Of a stretch of DNA of 24,559 nucleotides, positions 18,666 through 24,559 are shown one piece after another (position 1 is the first letter of the stretch; each line of letters opens with the position of its first letter). The notes beneath the pieces are model-generated. The model was not told the origin of the DNA, ran no database searches, and worked only from the letters and a program-made list of their open reading frames with translations. Made by a program: the position numbers and the translations under genes. This DNA is from a virus. Taxonomy: Duplodnaviria; Caudoviricetes. The stretch is from positions 1-24,559 of IMG/VR virus record IMGVR_UViG_3300025084_000215; one strand, given 5' to 3'.

Positions 18666-18887
18666 CAAGTTATCCACACTTTAATGTGGCTCTGACTATA
18701 TCTTCACCCCTTTGGGTGCCGGACGCTATTGGTGTATTACGTGACAAGCGTGTCACACCACCTAGTCGATGCACTTTCCTCTCACGCTTGAGAGGCTTAG
18801 CTCAGGATTGCCATAGCTTTCGCCTTAGGTTTCCCTGAATTCATCCAGTGTTTATTTAACGATTACTCGCTAAAGGGGCAATCACTT
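18666..18887 (-). mobile_element. Group I self-splicing intron (222 nt, no ORF, probably subgroup IA) in the major capsid gene
   Basis: 5' splice site after U in a U.G pair of P1 (GGGU|AA-GUGA-UUGCCC); terminal G (..AACUUG|GAU). Core elements: P AAUUCAGGGAAAC (18829-18841), Q AAUCCUGAGC (18800-18809), R GCAUCGACUA (18763-18772), S AAGAUAUAGUC (18694-18704). P3 CUGGAUG/CGUCCGG, P8 CACCC/GGGUG, P9 CCACA/UGUGG. Confidence 0.93.
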
Positions 18888-19826
18888 ACCCTGATACATG
18901 ATGGAAACATCTCCACCAGAAGTTTGAACAGAAGGACCAATTGCCTCTACGGCAGCCGCTGCATCACGATGGAAAATCAATCCGCAAGAGTTGCTGAAGT
19001 CGGTGGTATCACCGTAGTCATTCTTCTCATTGGTAGTATCGGTATCTTCGATAGCTGTACCAGTGGCCACACCATACTTTCCGAGGAAAGGAATGTTGTT
19101 GGACTTTTGAATCTTGATACCGGCGATCTCATAAAGACCATCGCCAGAGTTCAAATTACCTTGGGTGTTGCCAATATCCCGATTTAAGATATTAGTGTCC
19201 ACGCTAGAAATTAAGCTATAATATTGCCTGGGGCTAAGTACAGCTACTCGGCCATCTTTAGGAGCAGAACGTTCATCTAATACAGCCGCAGCTTCAAAGA
19301 AACCGTCGACTAAAGATTGAGCATTGTACTCGTTATTTGCACCCAATCCAACAGTAAATCCACCGGGTTCACCTGTAACAGGAGCCGTGGCTACTGCTGC
19401 ACGATCAAGCACACGGAAGATACGACGGTCATAATGTTCGGCCAAACTTTGTCCGATTTGACGAGCAATTGGGCCGCGAATATCGTAGTGAGCAAGAACA
19501 CTATCGAGTTCGTAAACGAACGCTTGAGAAATAAGTAGTTGGTCAACAGTGATGGTGGTTTCGGCTTGCTTAGGGGCACCATCTGTACCACTTCCATTAC
19601 CGAGTAGTGGGGTTCCCGGCGTATGAAAACCCGCCGTCATGGTCCCGGTATGGATGAATTGGGCTTCTTTGCCGTTAGTCAGAGTACGGCTCTGAACAAG
19701 AGGCTTGGCGATTAGGGCTGTACGGAAAGATTCATACACCTCTCCAGTAAACAGCTTGAGTAGCAAGGCGCGAGAATCGCTGCCTCCATTTGACGCGCCT
19801 GGACGCGTAAGATTCATGTTTGCCAT
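18888..19826 (-). CDS. gp10: Major capsid protein, exon 1 (313 codons; spliced product 338 aa)
   Basis: T7 gp10-type motifs ALLLKLFTGEV, RTLTNGK.AQFI.TG, ITVDQLLIS..FVYELD..LAHYD.R, GR.AVLSPRQYY.L, IAGIKI.KSNN.P. Follows the scaffold gene. Confidence 0.95.
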
Positions 19827-19978
19827 GTTTATTTAAAAGTTAAAAAGTTAAATATGTGCTATGAAGATCTTCACTTAAAAAAGTATTCAGTTGTCGAGTA
19901 ATTACACCGAATGGGGTATCTCTTTCAAGGCCCAGATATATCGGGCTGGTTTTTTACAAGGTCCGAAGCTTCCTTAAT

Positions 19979-20024
19979 AAGGTGAGGGGGGAATCGAACC
20001 CCCCAAACTCAGCCAGAGCACCCT
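19979..20024 (-). ncRNA. tRNA-like (D-loop/T-loop) structured element without an anticodon arm, in the scaffold-capsid spacer
   Basis: Minus strand AGGGUG-[CUC-UGGCU-GAG]-UUU-[GGGGGG-UUCGAUU-CCCCCC]-U-CACCUU: a canonical 7-nt T-loop on a G-C stem, a small GG-containing loop and a closing helix. Confidence 0.5.
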
Positions 20025-20052
20025 TTCGTAACCGACGCCTTTTCCGAGACGT

Positions 20053-20898
20053 TTACATGAGATCCCCAGATCGCGCAAGTTTGTCTTGAACGTCGAGTCT
20101 GTATGCGGGATCGTCGCGGTAACGAGAGTCAGAAATAGCCCGAGCCAATTCGGCTTGACTACGGAAACCGGGTTCAGGACGCGGAGCCCTTACACCAGAT
20201 ACCTGCTTACCCTCGTAACCATTGGACTCGACGTATTTCGATCTAAGCCCCTGTACTGCCCAATATATGGCATCAGGGTTACCACTGGAAACCACAGAAT
20301 CATAAGCCGCAATCTCATCAGGAGCCAAGGCCTCACTAGCCCAGCCGACCATTGTTTCGTATTGGTCAGTGCCCCCAACAGAACCCATGATTCTGTCTAC
20401 TTCCTCTTGGGGCATAGCTCCTGCGGGCTGTTCAGGCTTCGAGCTATTGACGTATTCCACCCAATTCTCGATTAGCTCTTTGCTATCCAGTTGGGAGAGC
20501 TTTTCAAGGGTTGCCTCGGATAGCTGCCCACCCTCCTCATACTCCTGAGAAGCGGCTTCAAGGGATTGATAAGCCTCAGTAGGCTCAGCTTCTGTCTCGG
20601 TCTCTTCAGAGGCCTCCTCTTGCTCTTCTGCAACAGGCTGCTCCTCTGAGTCCTCGGTGCGGTCCCCAAGCTTTTTCTGAAGTTCCAAGTAAGCTTTTTC
20701 AAGCTCCTCAGCAGATTTATATTTACCGGCATAGTTGGCCTCTGTATCAAGAGCCTTTTGATCTGAGTCAAACTTTTCTTGAGCAGCTGCTTCTTGCTTG
20801 GCAATTAACTCTTCGCCACTTTGCAACGCTCGCGCTTCGGCTTCTACACGCGCAGCCTCAGAGGCTTCATCTTGGGGATTAAATGTAGTTGTGGTCAT
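20053..20898 (-). CDS. gp9: Capsid assembly scaffolding protein (T7 gp9-like)
   Basis: Acidic 281-aa protein with AGKYKSAEELEKAYLELQKKLG, VGG..QY..MV.WA and C-terminal FRSQAEL..A.SD.RY..DPAYR.DV..KL.RS motifs. Confidence 0.92.
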   Translation of the reverse strand: MTTTTFNPQDEASEAARVEAEARALQSGEELIAKQEAAAQEKFDSDQKALDTEANYAGKYKSAEELEKAYLELQKKLGDRTEDSEEQPVAEEQEEASEETETEAEPTEAYQSLEAASQEYEEGGQLSEATLEKLSQLDSKELIENWVEYVNSSKPEQPAGAMPQEEVDRIMGSVGGTDQYETMVGWASEALAPDEIAAYDSVVSSGNPDAIYWAVQGLRSKYVESNGYEGKQVSGVRAPRPEPGFRSQAELARAISDSRYRDDPAYRLDVQDKLARSGDLM

Positions 20899-21104
20899 CA
20901 GTGAACAGTGATTTTAACGGTGTTGAGATTCGCAGCAGTGACACGCCCCGCATTGGGTTGACCAACACGAGATGCACCAATACTTGGGCGAACTTTTTGA
21001 GTGGGTGCGTATTTGTTTGAAGGCTTAGATTCCTGCTTCGGGGACTCCTTCTTCAATAGGACCTCCTCCTTCAGCGGGGATTGCTTCTTCTTCGGCTCCG
21101 CCAT
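20898..21104 (-). CDS. Small basic protein between portal and scaffold, overlapping the portal 3' end
   Basis: 68 aa with GGAG about 8 nt upstream of its ATG. Its TGA overlaps the scaffold ATG (TGATG). It covers the otherwise empty 20899-21024 gap. Confidence 0.65.
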   Translation of the reverse strand: MAEPKKKQSPLKEEVLLKKESPKQESKPSNKYAPTQKVRPSIGASRVGQPNAGRVTAANLNTVKITVH

Positions 21105-22704
21105 TCATTTGCTCCATAAGTGCGGGGTTTTTATCAGGGTCAGCCAGAGGGGATTTAGCCAGTTGACCGGCTTGTGAAAGGATTGCCTGCTGCTGTGCCT
21201 GCTGCTGTGCAGCCTCTGATTCCTGCTGTTTCTGTTCAGGCGTCTTGACAAGGCCCAAATAATCAATTCCTGCTGATGCTGCGAGGCGTTTAATCGCTTC
21301 ATCAGGATTTAGGTTTGCAAGCATCGCCTCAGGCCCGAGGGTCTGTGCCAAAGTTTGCATAAACATCATCAATGCTTCACGATCTTGGCCGCGGCCTACG
21401 CCTTCGAGACCAGCAACCACTGTCGGGAAGACAGCAGGTTTACCATTAATCTTTGGTAACTGTGGCAACATTCGTTGACGTTGCAGAACTAGCAGCTTTC
21501 TATTAATAAAAGGTTCGAGTAGTTCTGTAGTTAGAGAGGCATAGATTCCTCCCAACATTTCGTCCAAGGCCTGTTGGGTAAATCTGATTTCTTCGGCTGT
21601 TGTGCGTTCGGAATCTCTAGGAGTAAAGACAAGGAAAGCTTCACTTAGACGCTGGGTCAAAGTTTGAACCATGTCATAAGCTGTTTTAAAATCTCCTTGT
21701 TTGCCAACACTAACTACACCTATGTCCTCTGGTCGGCCTTGGATAATAGCTCCATTGCCAGCTTGGGCTAATTGATTAGGTTTAGTAGTTGCACTAGGTG
21801 AAATTGTAAAAACTACTTTCGCACTCGCACTTGCTCCTTCGACAAGACTCTGCATTAAAGAATCAAGACTTTGAAGATCAGCACGATATTCAGAAATTCT
21901 GCTCCGACCGTAATCTTCGCCATCTACAACATTGAACCTAAGAGCGAGCCAGGGATTGGCTGTCTTTGGTGCTGAAGACTGAGAACCTTCAAGGATCTGT
22001 CCATCAACTTCCTGATACCATTTCCATTGACCGTCTATAAGTTTTACACAGGTATAGACAGCAACTTCATTGCTACTGGGATCGATTTTTAGATCAGAAG
22101 GAATACCACCACCAGGCTCACCCACATGATTTGCAGGTTGTACGCCATTATTCTTAGGGACATAATCAGGCATTGTGTCGGCATCTACAGCCTCCACAGT
22201 GATGATCTTAGTAACCTGACCATCGCCATCTCTACGGATTACATAGCGATCTAGAGGGTATAGCTTCAGACCTTTCTTACCCATAAATACCAAAACGTTG
22301 CCAGAAACAACTAGATGTTTCATAGCTTGGTGAAGAAGGACACGATCAGCCTTTTCGGCCACGTCCTGCATCACAACACGTTCCATCTTTGACAAGACAA
22401 GATCAATTTCAGACCTTGCTTGTGCATCAATATCTGGGTCTTGAGCTAAGGCCCCGTCAGCAATTTGCAACTTAAAAAATTTTGCATTGACAGGGAACAA
22501 GCTCAACATCAGACGAGATGCCATAACATTTACACCTTTTGCACCGACTGATTGCCAAGGTGTATGTAGTTTGTTCCCACCAGAGTGGCCGCTAGGCGGC
22601 ATCATGTACGGGACACTTAACTTGGCACATGCTCTTGCGTCGTCTAGGAACTGAGTCCTGTTAGCTGACAGCCGGGCGTATTCAGCTGCTACTGTTTTTT
22701 CCAT
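21025..22704 (-). CDS. gp8: Head-to-tail connector (portal, T7 gp8-like)
   Basis: 559 aa with PWQSVGAKGVN.MAS.LML.LFP, YPL.RYV..RDG.G, GEDYGR.R..EY..DL.SL, R.SERTTAEEIR and GRGQD motifs. Confidence 0.95.
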   Translation of the reverse strand: MEKTVAAEYARLSANRTQFLDDARACAKLSVPYMMPPSGHSGGNKLHTPWQSVGAKGVNVMASRLMLSLFPVNAKFFKLQIADGALAQDPDIDAQARSEIDLVLSKMERVVMQDVAEKADRVLLHQAMKHLVVSGNVLVFMGKKGLKLYPLDRYVIRRDGDGQVTKIITVEAVDADTMPDYVPKNNGVQPANHVGEPGGGIPSDLKIDPSSNEVAVYTCVKLIDGQWKWYQEVDGQILEGSQSSAPKTANPWLALRFNVVDGEDYGRSRISEYRADLQSLDSLMQSLVEGASASAKVVFTISPSATTKPNQLAQAGNGAIIQGRPEDIGVVSVGKQGDFKTAYDMVQTLTQRLSEAFLVFTPRDSERTTAEEIRFTQQALDEMLGGIYASLTTELLEPFINRKLLVLQRQRMLPQLPKINGKPAVFPTVVAGLEGVGRGQDREALMMFMQTLAQTLGPEAMLANLNPDEAIKRLAASAGIDYLGLVKTPEQKQQESEAAQQQAQQQAILSQAGQLAKSPLADPDKNPALMEQMNGGAEEEAIPAEGGGPIEEGVPEAGI

Positions 22705-22707
22705 TTA

Positions 22708-23265
22708 TTAATACTTTTTAATTTGAGCAATGTTTAGACCATTACTAGATTTACTGCCTTTTTTAGCAATACCCAGAGTGTTAATAGCCAGAGGATTTAG
22801 ATCCTTAGTCAACTGCTTAGTACCAAGACGTGCTTTTTTCTTGGATTTTTTCATCTGCTTGTTCTTTTGAACAACGCCTGCCTCAGCAGCTTCTGTTGAG
22901 CGGCCAAGATTTCTAGCCTTTTCAGCTTCAAGACGAGCACGCTCTTCAGCCTCTCGCTGAGCTTTTAGTTGTGCAGCAAGTTGTGCCTCTTGTTGAATAC
23001 GGGCTTGTTCTGCCATTCTTTGATCTAGAACAGCCCGGTTTTGTTGTGCTAAGAGACCTTCCTGATAACGCCTTTCAGAGTCTTCTCGCCCAATACGAAA
23101 TTGTTCCTGAAGACGGGCATTATTCTCTTCATTGATCCTTGCCTGCTCAGCAATTTGTTGCTCATAACGCTCCTGATTTTCTCGGTTAATTCTGTCTTGC
23201 CGCTCCTGCTCTTTTCTCTTTTCTTTTTTAGATGGGCCTTTGCTTCCACCACCACCACCACACAT
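22708..23265 (-). CDS. Virion-associated protein at the T7 gp6.7/gp7.3 position
   Basis: AAGGAG SD. MCGGGGGS start typical of these proteins, long E/Q/R helical region and basic C-terminus (GTKQL...GLNI). Directly upstream of the portal. Confidence 0.65.
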   Translation of the reverse strand: MCGGGGGSKGPSKKEKRKEQERQDRINRENQERYEQQIAEQARINEENNARLQEQFRIGREDSERRYQEGLLAQQNRAVLDQRMAEQARIQQEAQLAAQLKAQREAEERARLEAEKARNLGRSTEAAEAGVVQKNKQMKKSKKKARLGTKQLTKDLNPLAINTLGIAKKGSKSSNGLNIAQIKKY

Positions 23266-23276
23266 AATCTTGCTCC

Positions 23277-23465
23277 TTAGGTTTTGTCGAGTTTTACTTT
23301 TAAAAGCCGAACGACAGAGAGTTGCCCAGCTCTGTAAGCAAGCTCTCTTGGATCAGTTAAATAGTCTGGGTAGACATCTGGAAACAATGAATCCAGTTCA
23401 GCCACCACGCCCTTGAGGGTCCCTGATGAAAGGGACGCAAGGCCGAGATCTTCGGTAATAATCAT
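23277..23465 (-). CDS. Conserved small podovirus protein (L...FP...P......ELAYRAGQ.SVV..L motif)
   Basis: 62 aa, TAATG-coupled to the RNR stop. Its stop runs into the SD of the next gene. Confidence 0.7.
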   Translation of the reverse strand: MIITEDLGLASLSSGTLKGVVAELDSLFPDVYPDYLTDPRELAYRAGQLSVVRLLKVKLDKT

Positions 23466-24559
23466 TACTTTGGTTTTGATTCAGCAAAAAGACATTTATC
23501 AGAATCACAGGCAGCAGGACCTTGACCATCCCCAAGATTGGTCCCAAAGGATTCCATAGCTAGAGAAAAGTCACTGGTAATCCGGCGAGACACTACTTCT
23601 GATTGCATAGCATCAAACTGTGATTTAGAAATAGGTTCAAACGGCAGACGCGGAAAAGTTTCGTTTGCATCAAAACGTGCCAGCAATGCTGCAGAGATGT
23701 ATCCACTGTCATTCTCAATAGATTCATAAATCAATTTAGACAGGGATTCAATCTCATTCTCACGAAACTCCAGAGTTGCTGAAGTATTGTGAGTGGTGTA
23801 ATAAGTTTGAACTTGCATATAAAATTTATATTGAGCTTCAACACTAAAAGCATTGATGTCAATGGAGTCACATCCAGGCATATTTGCCCAGGATGTTTCG
23901 GTAGGAATTTCAACCAACCATTCAGTACATCTTGGATCACGAGGATCCTCTAGTAATGCTCCGGTTTCATCTCGATCAGATTGAGAAGGAATAATCTTGT
24001 AACCATAAGCTTCACAAGCCAAGGCAACAGGATCATTTTTCCCAAAAGTAATACGACGGATAAACCGAGCAGCTTTGGGGGGATGCCAACCAGGAGAAGC
24101 ACCTGTCAATAAAGACTTAGTACCCGCCGGTTGAACAGTTGTCGTTCTGTTAGGAACTCGAAGACTATGTTTACGGCAATAGTCCTCAACAGTTTCCTCA
24201 ACAATATCCTTCCAATAGGAAAGAAATTCCTGCTCTTGAGCAGCAAAGATAATTCCAATAGGAGTGTCAGGACGGCCAAGTTCCCACCACTTCAACCACT
24301 CACTTCCGAAGGCCATTACAAAGAAATCAAATAGACCTGTAAAGCTGACACCAACAATTGGATCAACCCTACGGCTGTATTGATAGCGATCCACTACAAA
24401 ATTGTGATGGAGAAGCGAGGCAGCTGCAATAGCTGCAGCACGGAAAGCACGCTCTTGTGCTAAGTGGTCAGTGGGATCTAAAGTGTTTAGATGTACTTCA
24501 GAAAGATTGCAATGAAAGTCTTTTCCAAGAATTTCACCACAGGGGTTTAGCCCATATCG
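23465..24559 (-). CDS. nrdJ: Ribonucleotide reductase, class II (B12-dependent, monomeric RTPR type, cyanobacterial-like); 5'-truncated by the window edge
   Basis: The frame is open to the window end: RYGLNPCGEILGKDFHCNLSEVHLN... (catalytic NPCGE and CNL). Also TTVQPAGTKSLLTGASPGWHPP, HNTSATLE and the C-terminal redox pair GPAACDSDKC. The ORF-track start at 24394 is an internal GTG. Confidence 0.9.
   Translation of the reverse strand, partial: RYGLNPCGEILGKDFHCNLSEVHLNTLDPTDHLAQERAFRAAAIAAASLLHHNFVVDRYQYSRRVDPIVGVSFTGLFDFFVMAFGSEWLKWWELGRPDTPIGIIFAAQEQEFLSYWKDIVEETVEDYCRKHSLRVPNRTTTVQPAGTKSLLTGASPGWHPPKAARFIRRITFGKNDPVALACEAYGYKIIPSQSDRDETGALLEDPRDPRCTEWLVEIPTETSWANMPGCDSIDINAFSVEAQYKFYMQVQTYYTTHNTSATLEFRENEIESLSKLIYESIENDSGYISAALLARFDANETFPRLPFEPISKSQFDAMQSEVVSRRITSDFSLAMESFGTNLGDGQGPAACDSDKCLFAESKPK

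Noticed and set aside
18641-18838. Plus-strand 65-aa ORF within the intron as a possible homing endonuclease
   Set aside because: Antisense, TTG start, too short, and no LAGLIDADG, GIY-YIG or HNH motif. It is a by-product of the structured RNA.
18588-18890. T7 10A/10B-style frameshift or stop read-through to explain the capsid C-terminus
   Set aside because: The intron is a multiple of 3 but has in-frame stops (TGA at 18882-18884, TAG at 18870-18872), and no slippery site is evident. Splicing explains the junction exactly.
18882-19826. 314-aa capsid ORF ending YQGK* taken as the complete gene or as a pseudogene
   Set aside because: The conserved C-terminus is present downstream, and the interruption has complete group I intron hallmarks.
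19862-19873. Perfect 12-bp palindrome TGAAGATCTTCA upstream of the capsid start
   Set aside because: Several 12-bp palindromes are expected by chance in 24.5 kb, and I saw no second copy.
19975-20050. Full tRNA gene suggested by GGTTCGATTCCCC
   Set aside because: No anticodon arm, no correctly spaced 7-bp acceptor stem and no CCA. Kept only as a tRNA-like element.
23465-24559. Intein or intron in the RNR, a common insertion target
   Set aside because: The visible part is continuous through NPCGE, CNL, QPAGT and the C-terminal cysteines, with no insertion.

Overview
Late (virion morphogenesis) half of a T7-like podovirus genome (Autographiviridae-type). Gene content points to a cyanobacterial (Synechococcus/Cyanobium-type) host. 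All real genes are on the minus strand and most are translationally coupled. Reading from high to low coordinates: the 3' part of a host-like class II ribonucleotide reductase, two small genes, portal, a small overlapping gene, scaffold, major capsid, tail tubes A and B, gp13/14/15/16-like internal virion proteins, a gp17-like tail fibre, a second RCC1-repeat fibre, small genes, a GH73 endolysin, small terminase and three short basic ORFs. The main discovery is that the major capsid gene is interrupted by a compact 222-nt, ORF-less group I intron (18666..18887). The ORF track therefore shows a truncated capsid. Splicing restores ...IMYQG|DLVVGRLAMGAG...FRNT* (338 aa). P1-P10 can be built from the sequence, plus a 6-bp loop-loop (P11-type) pairing. 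A tRNA-elbow-like RNA structure lies in the scaffold-capsid spacer. All family assignments come from motif recognition and synteny; no database search was run.
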